A stretch of 64,000 bases of DNA, taken from Candidatus Poseidoniaceae archaeon (GTDB taxonomy: Archaea; Thermoplasmatota; Poseidoniia; Poseidoniales; Poseidoniaceae). Numbering within the stretch: the stretch's first letter is position 1; the number at the start of each line of letters is the position of its first letter. The DNA is taken from contig CASIBY010000005.1 of the NCBI GenBank assembly GCA_949373095.1, positions 110,955-174,954 of the forward strand, written 5' to 3'. Below the pieces are notes generated by a model, which worked only from the letters and a program-made list of their open reading frames with translations, had not been told where the DNA came from and made no database searches. Below are positions 16,611-26,383 of this stretch, in pieces. The position numbers and the translations under genes are program-made.

Positions 16611-17852
16611 ATGACGGAGAGAAGTACGGTTACAACCTCGCCCTACACGATTGGGGTTGCACCATTCCGTCCCGGAGACACTCCATCCTTTGGCGACAAA
16701 TTTGTTGAACAACCGGGTGATTTGAATCGTCCAGACCCTGCAACATGTACTTCGCAAGACACTGCACCTCATGCCTCCGGCTTGGTACGCGTTCTCACCG
16801 ATGATGGTCTCGCAGTTGGAGAATGGGACCCAGGCCTTGACGCTGAAGCACTTATTCAGGGTCTTGAATACATGATGCGACTTCGAATCTTTGACGACCG
16901 AATGATCAAAATGCAGCGAACTGGAAAACTTTCGTTTTACATGCGTTCCCTTGGAGAAGAAGCCGTGGCCATTGCGCAAACAATGGCTCTTGAAGACAAC
17001 GATTGGATATTCCCTTCGTACCGACAACCTGGTGCACAATTTGTTCGTGGACGAGATATGGTCAGTATGATTTGCCACTGCATTGGAAACACCGAAGATA
17101 ACGTTCGTGGACGACAAATGCCAGTCCATTATACTTGGAAAGAAGGTCGATTCATCTCCATTTCATCACCAGTGGGAACTCAATTTTCACAGGCAGTAGG
17201 TGTGGCAATGGCCAGTGCCTACAAAGGACTTGATGAAGCTTGTATTTCGTGGCTTGGAGACGGTACATCTGCCCAGGGAGATTACCACTACGCACTCAAC
17301 TTTGCATCTACATTCAAGCCTCCTGTCATCCTCAATGTTGTCAACAACCAATGGGCTATCTCCACACACGTCTCGTTGGCTACGGGTGGGCGTACATTTG
17401 CAGAGCGTGGCCTGGCTTACGACATCCCTTCATTCCGAGTGGATGGAAATGACTTCCTCGCCCTCTACAGCGTCACAAAATGGGCCCGTGAGCGTGCTTC
17501 AGCCGGACTTGGCCCAACACACATTGAAGTGTACACCTACAGGTCTGGAGCCCACTCTTCATCGGATGACCCCTCAGCATATAGGCCTCAGAACGAAGCA
17601 GAATTTTGGCCTGGAGGCGACCCCGTAGAACGACTTCGAGCCCACCTTGTCAAAATTGGCGAATGGGATGATGTAAAGAACACAGCACTCGCTGATAAGA
17701 TCGATGCAGAGGTCATGGCTGCTTACAAGGAGGCATGTGAATTTGGAGACCTTGCAACTGGACCGTACCCCCCAGCATCAACCATCTTCACAGAGGTTTA
17801 CGAAACGGTTCCTTGGCACATTCAAGAGCAACGAGAGGAATTGGGGAAGTGA
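16611..17852 (+). CDS. 2-oxoacid (branched-chain type) dehydrogenase E1 alpha subunit.
   Basis: TPP-binding region GDGTSAQGDYHYALNFA and YRSGAHSSSDDPSAYRP, typical of BCKDH/PDH E1 alpha. It starts 9 nt after lipA. Confidence 0.9.
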   Translation: MTERSTVTTSPYTIGVAPFRPGDTPSFGDKFVEQPGDLNRPDPATCTSQDTAPHASGLVRVLTDDGLAVGEWDPGLDAEALIQGLEYMMRLRIFDDRMIKMQRTGKLSFYMRSLGEEAVAIAQTMALEDNDWIFPSYRQPGAQFVRGRDMVSMICHCIGNTEDNVRGRQMPVHYTWKEGRFISISSPVGTQFSQAVGVAMASAYKGLDEACISWLGDGTSAQGDYHYALNFASTFKPPVILNVVNNQWAISTHVSLATGGRTFAERGLAYDIPSFRVDGNDFLALYSVTKWARERASAGLGPTHIEVYTYRSGAHSSSDDPSAYRPQNEAEFWPGGDPVERLRAHLVKIGEWDDVKNTALADKIDAEVMAAYKEACEFGDLATGPYPPASTIFTEVYETVPWHIQEQREELGK

Positions 17853-17861
17853 GGTGTTAGC

Positions 17862-18872
17862 ATGGCAAAAATGAACATGATTGCAGCCTTAAACTCTGCA
17901 CTGAAGCACCAACTACAAAGCAATCCTAACGTTGTCATCTTCGGAGAAGACGTCGGCTATTTCGGAGGAGTATTCCGAGTGACTGCCGGGCTCCAAGAAG
18001 AATTTGGACATCACCGAGTCTTTGATTCACCTCTCGCAGAAGGCGGAATTGCAGCCATTGCAATGGGAATGGGCTTGAACGGTCTACGCCCAGTTGCTGA
18101 AATTCAATTCGCCGACTACATCTTCCCTGCATATGACCAAATTGTCAATGAAATCGCTAAACTCAGGCATCGCTCTGGGGGAGAATTCACCAGCCCTGTT
18201 ACGTTTAGAACGCCAGCAGGTGGAGGAATCAAAGGAGGACACCACCATTCACAGTCTCCCGAAGCACAATTCACGCACACACCAGGTCTCAAAGTAGTAT
18301 ATTGCTCAAATCCACGAAACGCTAAGGGGCTTCTCACAAGTGCAATTGAATGTAACGACCCAGTTATTTTCTTTGAGCCTAAGCGATGCTATCGTGGCCC
18401 ATTCTACGGAGACCCCCACAATGTGCCTACATGGAATGACCATCCAGAGGGCGAAGTGCCTGAAGAGTATTATTCAATTCCTCTTGAACAAGCCAATATC
18501 GTTCGTGAAGGCTCCGCTTGTACCGTGATTGCATGGGGCGCTATGGTCCATGTGAGCGAGCAAGCAATCAAGAACTCAGGAATTGACTGCGAACTCATAG
18601 ACTTACAGACCTTAGTCCCATGGGACCGCGATACTGTCGTCAATTCGGTGAAGAAGACTGGACGCTGTGTCATTGTTCATGAAGCACCAAAGACCAGTGG
18701 ATTTGGGGCTGAAATGAGCGCTTCGATTCAAGAACGTTGCTTCTACCATCTTGAGGCACCGATTCAAAGAGTAACAGGCTGGGACACACCGTTCCCGCAC
18801 ACAACAGAATGGGATTACCTTCCAAGTCCGTCGAGGATTGCAGAAGCCATAAAGAAAACACAGGAGGAATAA
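17862..18872 (+). CDS. 2-oxoacid dehydrogenase E1 beta subunit.
   Basis: VVIFGEDVGYFGGVFRVTAGLQEEFG..RVFDSPLAEGGI and AEIQFADYIFPAYDQIVNE are E1 beta signatures. Confidence 0.92.
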   Translation: MAKMNMIAALNSALKHQLQSNPNVVIFGEDVGYFGGVFRVTAGLQEEFGHHRVFDSPLAEGGIAAIAMGMGLNGLRPVAEIQFADYIFPAYDQIVNEIAKLRHRSGGEFTSPVTFRTPAGGGIKGGHHHSQSPEAQFTHTPGLKVVYCSNPRNAKGLLTSAIECNDPVIFFEPKRCYRGPFYGDPHNVPTWNDHPEGEVPEEYYSIPLEQANIVREGSACTVIAWGAMVHVSEQAIKNSGIDCELIDLQTLVPWDRDTVVNSVKKTGRCVIVHEAPKTSGFGAEMSASIQERCFYHLEAPIQRVTGWDTPFPHTTEWDYLPSPSRIAEAIKKTQEE

Positions 18873-18874
18873 AC

Positions 18875-20152
18875 ATGGGAACATTTGAATTTAAACTACC
18901 AGATATCGGAGAAGGCGTCGTTGAAGGAGAAATCGTAGAATGGCTGGTTGCCGTTGGTGACAGCATCAAGGAAGACGACCCAATTCTCTCAGTGATGACA
19001 GATAAAGCAACTGTTGAGATCCCCGCACCTTGTGAAGGAACCGTCAAAAGCATGGTTGGAGAAGCTGGTGACATCCTCCCTGTAGGCGCTGTTTGTATCG
19101 TTTTCGAAGTTGATGGAGATGGTAATGCAAGCGAAGAAAAGGCCTCGGAACCTGCTCCTGCGAAGGAAGAGAAACCTGCAGAGAAGGCGGCAATTGAAAC
19201 ACCTGCAGCACCAACACTCCCACCAGTTGAAGCCGCTCCGGCAGCAGCCCCTATTACTCGCGCAGCAGGAACAAAAGCACTCGCTTCACCCGCAGTCCGC
19301 CAACGAGCTCGCTCAGCAAACGTAGACTTGCAACATGTTGCAGGTTCTGGACCTGCTGGACGTATCAGTCATGCAGACCTTGACCGACACATCGCAGGCG
19401 GTGCATCTGGTGCTTCATCTGCTCGCCCAATGGGTGGCTCAGCAAAAGTAGAACGAAACGGAACTGAAGACATCAAAGTCATCGGTCTTCGCAGGAAGAT
19501 TGCTGATGGAATGATGTCCTCTTACAGTACCATTCCTCACTTTTCATACTTTGAAGAAGTGGACGTTACCGCTTTGGAAGAACTGCGCCAGCACCTCAAT
19601 GCAACACGTCCTGAAGGTGCTCCGAAACTCACGTATCTGCCCTTTATTATGCAAGCATTGGTCAAGGCATTGGAACAACGCCCAGAATGCAATGCATTGT
19701 ATGATGACGAGGCAAATGTCGTAACCCGACACGAAGCCATCAATCTGGGCATTGCAACCCAAACTGACAGAGGGCTCTATGTTCCTGTTGTCAAGCATGT
19801 TGAAGCAATGGATATTTGGACTTCTGCAGCGGAAATGGTACGCGTAACCTCAGCGACTCGAGATGGAAAAGCCGGTGTTGAGGAACTAAGCGGCTCAACC
19901 TTTACCATCACCAGCCTAGGACGGCTAGGTGGACTTGGTGCAACACCTATCATCAACAAACCAGAGGTCGGAATCCTCGGAGTTCACAATGCAAAGGACC
20001 GTGCTGTCGTGCGCAATGGACACGTTGTTGTTCGCCGAATGATGAACCTCTCTTCTTCATGGGATCACCGTGTTGTTGACGGCCATGATGGCGCTACTCT
20101 CGTTCAGTTGGTTAAAACTTACTTAGAGAACCCCGCTACAATTTTTATGTGA
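18875..20152 (+). CDS. Dihydrolipoamide acyltransferase E2 (single lipoyl domain).
   Basis: The ATG at 18875 is preceded by CAGGAGGAATAAAC. The lipoyl-Lys motif is TDKATVEIPAP, the E3-binding domain is ASPAVRQRARSANVDL, and the catalytic motif is SWDHRVVDGHDGA. The ORF-track start at 18809 overlaps E1 beta and is less likely. Confidence 0.92.
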   Translation: MGTFEFKLPDIGEGVVEGEIVEWLVAVGDSIKEDDPILSVMTDKATVEIPAPCEGTVKSMVGEAGDILPVGAVCIVFEVDGDGNASEEKASEPAPAKEEKPAEKAAIETPAAPTLPPVEAAPAAAPITRAAGTKALASPAVRQRARSANVDLQHVAGSGPAGRISHADLDRHIAGGASGASSARPMGGSAKVERNGTEDIKVIGLRRKIADGMMSSYSTIPHFSYFEEVDVTALEELRQHLNATRPEGAPKLTYLPFIMQALVKALEQRPECNALYDDEANVVTRHEAINLGIATQTDRGLYVPVVKHVEAMDIWTSAAEMVRVTSATRDGKAGVEELSGSTFTITSLGRLGGLGATPIINKPEVGILGVHNAKDRAVVRNGHVVVRRMMNLSSSWDHRVVDGHDGATLVQLVKTYLENPATIFM

Positions 20153-20161
20153 GGTGATGAT

Positions 20162-21592
20162 GTGAAAACAAAGCAATGCCAAGTACTTGTTATCGGAGCT
20201 GGACCTGGAGGATATGTTTCAGCCATTCGTTCAGCGCAACTCGGATTAAAAACCATCATCGTTGAAGGAGAACGTGCTGGAGGCACCTGTCTCATTCGTG
20301 GATGTATTCCTTCAAAGGCACTCATTCATGCAGCACACACCTTCCACAATCTTGCAAAGCATGCAAAGAAGGACGGCCACATGGGAATTTCAATCCCAAG
20401 CCCGGCTGAACTCAACATGGCCAACCTAGTAGGTTGGAAGGAAGGTATCGTCGACCGTCTCAACAAAGGAGTTGAGGCCCTCTTGAAGAATGCTGGAGCA
20501 GAATTGATTACCGGATGGGCCACGTTTGAGGATGCAAAAACGGTAAAGATTGGAGAAGGCAAAGATGCAACCCTAATCCAAGCTGAACATGTCATCATGG
20601 CGCAAGGCTCGGTACCAATTGAACTTCCATTCATGCCCTACAACGACCATGTGATCTCATCTCGTAATGCCCTCTTACTTGAGGAACTACCAGAACATGT
20701 CGTCATCGTTGGCGGAGGTTACATTGGCTTGGAATTGGGAATCACCTTCCGTATGCTCGGTTCAAAAGTAACTGTTGTTGAGGCAATGGATTCAGTCCTA
20801 CCTCTCTTCGATAAAGAACTCCGACGCCCTCTTGAGTTATTCTTGAAGAAAAACAAAATCAAGGTTCACACGGGTGTATTTGCAAAAGGTTCAGAGGAAA
20901 CAAAAGACGGAAAAGTACAGCTGAATTTCATTGACAAGGACGAGAAAGATGATTCAAAGATGCAACATGTTGTTGCGGACAAGGTTCTAGTAACGGTTGG
21001 CAGAAAACCTTCTTCAACCGGTCTTGAAGCCACAGGTGTAGCACTTGACGAACGTGGGTTTGTCAAGGTAAACGACCGCTGTGAAACCAACATGAAAGGG
21101 GTTTACGCAATTGGAGACTTGTCCAACCTCGGTGAAATGCTCGCCCACGTCGCTTCCTTCCAGGGAGAAATGGTTGCTGAACTTATTGCCGGACATCGTC
21201 GCGTATATGACCCAGTTGCAGTCCCAGCCATTGTGTTCACAGAACCTGAAATTGTCTCTGTCGGACTCTCTCCAGACCAAGCAAAAGAAGCAGGCCACCC
21301 GATTATTACCGGAAAGTTCCCGCTTGGAGCCAACGGCCGAGCCTTAACACAAGAGGCTGAAAAATCCGCAGGTTTCATCCGAGTCGTGGCCCGTGAAGAC
21401 GACCATCGTATCTTGGGAATCCAAGGCGTAGGTACTCACATCAGTGAGTTGGTTGGAGAATGGACGCTTGCTCTAGAGATGGGTGCTGTACTCGAGGATA
21501 TCGCACATACAATTCATGCTCACCCAACCATGACCGAAATGACCCACGAAGGAGTTCTTGACACTCTGGGCCATGCAATTCACAAGATGTGA
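20162..21592 (+). CDS. lpdA: Dihydrolipoamide dehydrogenase E3.
   Basis: FAD-binding motif VIGAGPGGY, redox disulfide GGTCLIRGCIPSK, and C-terminal HAHPTMTE. Confidence 0.95.
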   Translation: MKTKQCQVLVIGAGPGGYVSAIRSAQLGLKTIIVEGERAGGTCLIRGCIPSKALIHAAHTFHNLAKHAKKDGHMGISIPSPAELNMANLVGWKEGIVDRLNKGVEALLKNAGAELITGWATFEDAKTVKIGEGKDATLIQAEHVIMAQGSVPIELPFMPYNDHVISSRNALLLEELPEHVVIVGGGYIGLELGITFRMLGSKVTVVEAMDSVLPLFDKELRRPLELFLKKNKIKVHTGVFAKGSEETKDGKVQLNFIDKDEKDDSKMQHVVADKVLVTVGRKPSSTGLEATGVALDERGFVKVNDRCETNMKGVYAIGDLSNLGEMLAHVASFQGEMVAELIAGHRRVYDPVAVPAIVFTEPEIVSVGLSPDQAKEAGHPIITGKFPLGANGRALTQEAEKSAGFIRVVAREDDHRILGIQGVGTHISELVGEWTLALEMGAVLEDIAHTIHAHPTMTEMTHEGVLDTLGHAIHKM

Positions 21593-21607
21593 AGTGGCTC
21601 TTCGGAT

Positions 21608-22246
21608 TCAAATTCCATCCAAAAGAGCGTTGATATCGTTTCGGATTCCATTAAGGTCCCAATCATCACTAGTCCAACGGACACGTTGCATACCATCTCG
21701 GTCGACCAGTACAATTCCATCTGTATGTTCAACGTTGTAGTAAACTGTATGTCCACGGCCTTGAACTGATGTACTGTTGTTGCTTTCGAGTAAAGTCACG
21801 GTAATGTCAAAGTCGTTCCATACCTGTTCAATAGCAGAGAGGTTCTCATCGTTGAGGAAGGGCACAGTAACCATCGGCCATGATGTGTTGAAGGCATCCA
21901 TATAGTCAGTCAACGCAACTTCGTCGTCTCGCCAAGGATCCACTGTAATGGAAACAAATTCCAAATCATCTCCAATATTGGTGCTAAACTCTCCATACAA
22001 TACAGAGAGGTCTTGAGTTTGAGTTGGACAAACATCCCAACAGTTGGTCAGCATAAATTGGACCACAACGACCGATTCACTCCAGTTCTCAGAGCCATAT
22101 GTGTAGCCGTCATGATCATGCAATGAAAACGCATCATATCCAATTGGAACGATGTCTTCTCCGTCAAAAACATCAGGCTCAACAGCCGTACATCCACTTA
22201 GCATCATCAACGAAACGAAGACACAGCTGAGGCTGTAAGGCTTCAT
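21608..22246 (-). CDS. SCO1/SenC-family thioredoxin-fold copper chaperone, probable lipoprotein.
   Basis: Lipobox-like MMLSGC at the N-terminus. The motif FMLTNCWDVCP (CxxxCP) and the downstream ..FVSITVDPWRDD fit the SCO1 pattern. Confidence 0.75.
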   Translation of the reverse strand: MKPYSLSCVFVSLMMLSGCTAVEPDVFDGEDIVPIGYDAFSLHDHDGYTYGSENWSESVVVVQFMLTNCWDVCPTQTQDLSVLYGEFSTNIGDDLEFVSITVDPWRDDEVALTDYMDAFNTSWPMVTVPFLNDENLSAIEQVWNDFDITVTLLESNNSTSVQGRGHTVYYNVEHTDGIVLVDRDGMQRVRWTSDDWDLNGIRNDINALLDGI

Positions 22247-22255
22247 TGCATCCCC

Positions 22256-24598
22256 TCAATCTCGGGTCTTGAACATGAATCCAGCTCCAAGGAGTGTGAC
22301 CCACAGCCAAGAGAAGTCCCAAAAGACATCACCTATCGTTGAGGATTCATCTACGGAGTCCGGTGCATTGGTGTAGAGAACTTGAGCACCAAAGCCCCCT
22401 GGACCGCCCCCGCCACCTGGACCGCCAGCATCAGCATTGCTCATATCGGCCTCTCCATGATAGCAAAGTAGGAAGTATGGGAAACCAATCATAGGGACGG
22501 TTTGTGAATCAGTATTCACTACCGTTTTTGTGGAAGCGCTGATTGGCGTTGAAACATAGTAATAGGTTCCATCTGGATATTCAGGTGTTGGGCCAAACCG
22601 ACCGTTACACTGGTCCAAGTCCCCGAGGCCACTAACATAATTCCAATCATCGATTCCATTGTAACCTTGGTCTCCTCCCTCAGAAGAGCGTTCAACCTCG
22701 TAAGAGGATTTCATAGGAGCCACTTGTCCATTATCGTCCCAAGCGTACATTCCATAGATTGGATAACCGTCAAATGCCCATCCGATGATGGGGGAGTGTT
22801 GTGTTGAGTCAAGGTCTGTATAATCATAATTTACGATAGTCTGGCCATTTGGGTCATCCCAAAACTGGCACATAGCATCGTAGTGATAGTGTACGCCCGA
22901 AGGTCCATTGTGCGCCCCACAATAACCTAGGTCAATGGGCTGTCGGTCTTCATTGAAATAAAGGAACTCCAAAGCAACCGCGTCCCCACCTGGCCCTTCT
23001 TCGGGACCGAAAATCGGTACGCCGTTCACGGCAATACCAACAGGGCCACGAGCTGGAGCACACTCATATGCTCCATTTGAAGCAGGACAATTGGCGGATG
23101 AATGTCCACCGTCGGTGTCATTCACTGGCTCAAGAACGATGGTAAAGGACTCGCTTTGCTCCTCAGCATTTGCAGCAAATGCTGAGAGCCAGTTGTGGTT
23201 GGGAATTGAATTGGAGTTGATTTGCATCGTTGTGGACGTAAAGGATACCGAAACCTCGCATTGGAACCAAGGCCCTGAGCCTCCTCCACCGCCTTCCTGT
23301 CCATCACCACGTGTATTCGCCGTGTAGCTATTTCCGTCCCCATTGAGGTCTTTAGCCCACGCACCTTGTCCATTGAGACAGAGGAATGAGTCTTCATGTG
23401 ACCAGTCTGGTATTGGGCATCCATCAGCACCCACTGCAGTTCCAGCAGGTGTATTGGGGCACTGGTCTACAGCATCGTTAACGGTATCACCGTCGGTATC
23501 ACGTTGAGACGGTGAACATCCGGTGGCATCAGCAGCCTCGTTTGCGGGAGTTGCCGGACAGAGATCTGCAGCATTGTTCACACCGTCATTGTCATCGTCC
23601 AATTGACTTTGTGAGCATCCGTTAGCGTCCACTGATTCATTCGGCATTGTATTTGGACAGGCATCCATGTCATTCATGATTCCATCTTCATCATCATCGG
23701 TTTCAGAGTCTGAACATCCAGTCGAATAGACGGGTTCCCCTTCGGGAGTTGAAGGGCATTGATCTGAGTCATCAAGGACTGCGTCACCATCTGCATCCCC
23801 AACTGGCTCTGGAGGCATAGGCAAGACAACCCTCACAGTGAGATCTGTTTGGGTGAAAATACCACACTCGGAAATGATATCCCCTTCGGTATTGTGTGAC
23901 TCGGTGTTAACGATGATTTCGTAAGCTCCTGTGCTTTCATTAATTTGACTTCCAACGAGAAGAGCTGGACTTTGGCCAAGAGGGTGATATTCTACGGTAC
24001 AAGAACCGGGGAACTGATGTAAAACCAGTCCACTAAGTGTCCCGTTGGTCTCATTCTCAACTGGCTCATCCCACCGGAACGTCAGTGTTACTTGTTGTTC
24101 AAGAGGAGCGACAATAATCAATTCACTGAGCATCTTTTCACTAACCTGTTGTTCATCATCAACAGCAATCAATTCAACAATCCATTCCCCTGGGTCTTGG
24201 AGTGAGGTCTCAACCGACCATGCACCATTCGAAGCAGGAGTAATGTTGTAGGCAGTGAGTTCTGCAAAATTAGGGTCAAGCATTCGCACGGAAAGTGATG
24301 TATTTTGAGGGACTTCGTCAGTTACGAAACCTGAAAGGGTGGCGTTCTCACCCGTCCAATCCATTGAAACTACAGCAGAGGTCAAAACGACGGGAGGATT
24401 GTTTACAATCACCGTAGTATCTTGTTCGGAGACTACGGGTTCATCCTGTTCCTCTTCGCTCGTTGAATCCATAGCAACAAGGGAAAAACCTGCCCCTATG
24501 AGAAGGAATGCTAGAACCAAACTAAGCACGAGAGACTTTGAGTCCATGCCGTCAATGTTCCCCATACCGCATATAGTACTAGCGGGGGGGAGCGTCAT
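22256..24598 (-). CDS. Secreted, C-terminally anchored protein with Ig-like N-terminal domains, four TSP3 repeats and a YHYH domain.
   Basis: Signal anchor MDSKSLVLSLVLAFLLIGAG; the likely true start is M18 at nt 24547. DxDxDG..D.CP.TP.G..V...GC is repeated 4 times (nt 23414-23800). The YHYH-family pattern is GYCGAHNGPSGVHYHYDAMC ... DQCNGRFGPTPEYPDGTYYYV ... FPYFLLCYHG. A Gly-rich linker and terminal TM WLWVTLLGAGFMFKTRD follow. Confidence 0.8.
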   Translation of the reverse strand: MTLPPASTICGMGNIDGMDSKSLVLSLVLAFLLIGAGFSLVAMDSTSEEEQDEPVVSEQDTTVIVNNPPVVLTSAVVSMDWTGENATLSGFVTDEVPQNTSLSVRMLDPNFAELTAYNITPASNGAWSVETSLQDPGEWIVELIAVDDEQQVSEKMLSELIIVAPLEQQVTLTFRWDEPVENETNGTLSGLVLHQFPGSCTVEYHPLGQSPALLVGSQINESTGAYEIIVNTESHNTEGDIISECGIFTQTDLTVRVVLPMPPEPVGDADGDAVLDDSDQCPSTPEGEPVYSTGCSDSETDDDEDGIMNDMDACPNTMPNESVDANGCSQSQLDDDNDGVNNAADLCPATPANEAADATGCSPSQRDTDGDTVNDAVDQCPNTPAGTAVGADGCPIPDWSHEDSFLCLNGQGAWAKDLNGDGNSYTANTRGDGQEGGGGGSGPWFQCEVSVSFTSTTMQINSNSIPNHNWLSAFAANAEEQSESFTIVLEPVNDTDGGHSSANCPASNGAYECAPARGPVGIAVNGVPIFGPEEGPGGDAVALEFLYFNEDRQPIDLGYCGAHNGPSGVHYHYDAMCQFWDDPNGQTIVNYDYTDLDSTQHSPIIGWAFDGYPIYGMYAWDDNGQVAPMKSSYEVERSSEGGDQGYNGIDDWNYVSGLGDLDQCNGRFGPTPEYPDGTYYYVSTPISASTKTVVNTDSQTVPMIGFPYFLLCYHGEADMSNADAGGPGGGGGPGGFGAQVLYTNAPDSVDESSTIGDVFWDFSWLWVTLLGAGFMFKTRD

Positions 24599-25463
24599 CC
24601 ATTACCAGGGACAAATCGTGAAAGTTACGGGGTCTTTTCCTTGAGAATAAATTCAACCAACTCAACATATAGAACATAAGGCTACGCTCTATTAGCCATG
24701 CAGGAATGTTGGATTCCTTCGTCTTGTGAAGCGCTGATAAATCACTCCAATGTTCCCGAGGAAATTCATGATGAGCCGAATGATAACCGATGTTAAACCA
24801 AATCAAATTGACTGCCCCTGTGAAATTACGAGAGTAATCGAGGGTTGAGGGTTGACTGGCTTCTGGACCAGAACTCGGACGGGCCCCTGCATGTTGTAAG
24901 TAGTTGGCTCCAAGCAACCAGTGAAGACCGTGCATTTGAGGGAGGAACACCAGGATGAACCAAAGTTGCAAATTCACTGAAGCCAGAATGATGGTAGATG
25001 TTCCGATGAGGATGACTTCAAAAAGCGGTTGATAATCACTTTTTTTACTTCGTTTCCTAAGGTATTTCAGAGAGGTCGGCACGACAACGGTCAAGGCTTG
25101 GAACGGATGAAGCAAGTACCCCAAGAGATGATTGTGATGTCCCCCAAAACGATAGGTCCGAGTCTCATCGTCTGGACCGTGGTTAAAGCGGTGATGATTA
25201 CCAATATGAGACGGGAAGAAAACATAAGACGGAATGCCTTGAATGACGCTCAGATAGGCGTCCGTGAGGCGATTAAGAGGCTTCAATCGCCACATTCGAA
25301 GATGAGTATGATTGTGTTGAACCACGGAAAGGCCGACCGAGAGAACCAGCATGAGCAGATAGAGATACCACTGAATCCCGTAAATCCACTGCCAGGCCAT
25401 CAGAGATGGATACAGGACCATGTAGACCAATGATTGAAGATCCGCCCAACGAACCAGCATCAT
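24579..25463 (-). CDS. Membrane fatty-acid desaturase family protein (three His boxes).
   Basis: His boxes HNHTH, HIGNHHRFNH and HSAHHEFP, with several hydrophobic helices. The start shares nt 25463 with the upstream stop codon. Confidence 0.85.
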   Translation of the reverse strand: MMLVRWADLQSLVYMVLYPSLMAWQWIYGIQWYLYLLMLVLSVGLSVVQHNHTHLRMWRLKPLNRLTDAYLSVIQGIPSYVFFPSHIGNHHRFNHGPDDETRTYRFGGHHNHLLGYLLHPFQALTVVVPTSLKYLRKRSKKSDYQPLFEVILIGTSTIILASVNLQLWFILVFLPQMHGLHWLLGANYLQHAGARPSSGPEASQPSTLDYSRNFTGAVNLIWFNIGYHSAHHEFPREHWSDLSALHKTKESNIPAWLIERSLMFYMLSWLNLFSRKRPRNFHDLSLVMDDAPPR

Positions 25464-26383
25464 CAGTTCTCCAATCCAAGATTGAGCCGCATTTTCTCAA
25501 GATGGGCATGGACGTGCTCAACAAAAAAGCCGTGCATCAAAAAACGGTATGAGAGCCCTGTAGGCCCGACAAGAATCATAGGGAACCGGTTGTAAGCAAT
25601 ATCAGCAAAATGAGTAGCACCAACAATGTCATCAATCAATAGGCCGACTGAATGATCGAATTGAAACGAATTGATTGCTGCCTCGTATTCCTTTGCGGTG
25701 AGCCAGAAACAAAATGAAGTTTTGAACAGTTCATGTGCTGTTTCAAAATCCAAGAATTGCGTCCATTTCTTTCGCTGAGTACTGTAGTCAACCTGAACGG
25801 GCTGCCAGTTCGCCCATGAGAGTTCTCTGTCCTCAATCGGCCATAGTGTGCGGTCGGGTTCCTCAAGGTCTCGCATGGTCATCAATACCCCCTGATCGTG
25901 ATGAACGAAGGTCTGCACCATCAAGTCCCGTATCATCTTTGGATAGATGAGAACCGGTTCAACATCTTCCTTCCCCGAATTATCAATCACGAAATTCAGT
26001 AAATTGCTTTCAGCTTGGAAATGTCTTAGGATGAGAACATTAGCCTCCGGGCGAACAAAGTTCTTCATGAAAAAGCAAATCTGCCATTGCAGGAAACGAT
26101 GTGCTTTCCATTGGATTGGAATGAGCCGCTTGACATAATAGGTGATATGAAGCGTGATTGTGAGAAGAATCCGGAGGGTTGGTAAGATGATAATTCGTAG
26201 TGGATTCTTGAGGTCCTTCAACCAAAACTCCTTGGCTTCATCATCAAGAGGCAAACTTTTGTCACCGGTCAAGGCATCAGAAAGTGTTGCAGGCATCCTG
26301 CCATGATTCCCCGACATCATCTTTGCACGCTTACGCTGCATTCGTTGTTCCTTACGGCTTAGGGGTCTTTCATTCAAGCTCAT
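25463..26383 (-). CDS. Hypothetical protein (306 aa) with a basic N-terminus plus one hydrophobic hairpin; family not recognised.
   Basis: The ORF is translationally coupled on both sides (overlap 26370-26383 upstream, 25463 downstream). It has the hydrophobic segment LRIIILPTLRILLTITLHITYYV and the His-rich C-terminus GFFVEHVHAHLEKM. I recognised no family. Confidence 0.6.
   Translation of the reverse strand: MSLNERPLSRKEQRMQRKRAKMMSGNHGRMPATLSDALTGDKSLPLDDEAKEFWLKDLKNPLRIIILPTLRILLTITLHITYYVKRLIPIQWKAHRFLQWQICFFMKNFVRPEANVLILRHFQAESNLLNFVIDNSGKEDVEPVLIYPKMIRDLMVQTFVHHDQGVLMTMRDLEEPDRTLWPIEDRELSWANWQPVQVDYSTQRKKWTQFLDFETAHELFKTSFCFWLTAKEYEAAINSFQFDHSVGLLIDDIVGATHFADIAYNRFPMILVGPTGLSYRFLMHGFFVEHVHAHLEKMRLNLGLEN

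Noticed and set aside
16467-17129. A 220-aa minus-strand ORF opposite E1 alpha. A 260-aa plus-strand ORF at 62646..63428, opposite L24/L14, is a similar case.
   Set aside because: The sense genes have unambiguous family signatures. The antisense translations have none.
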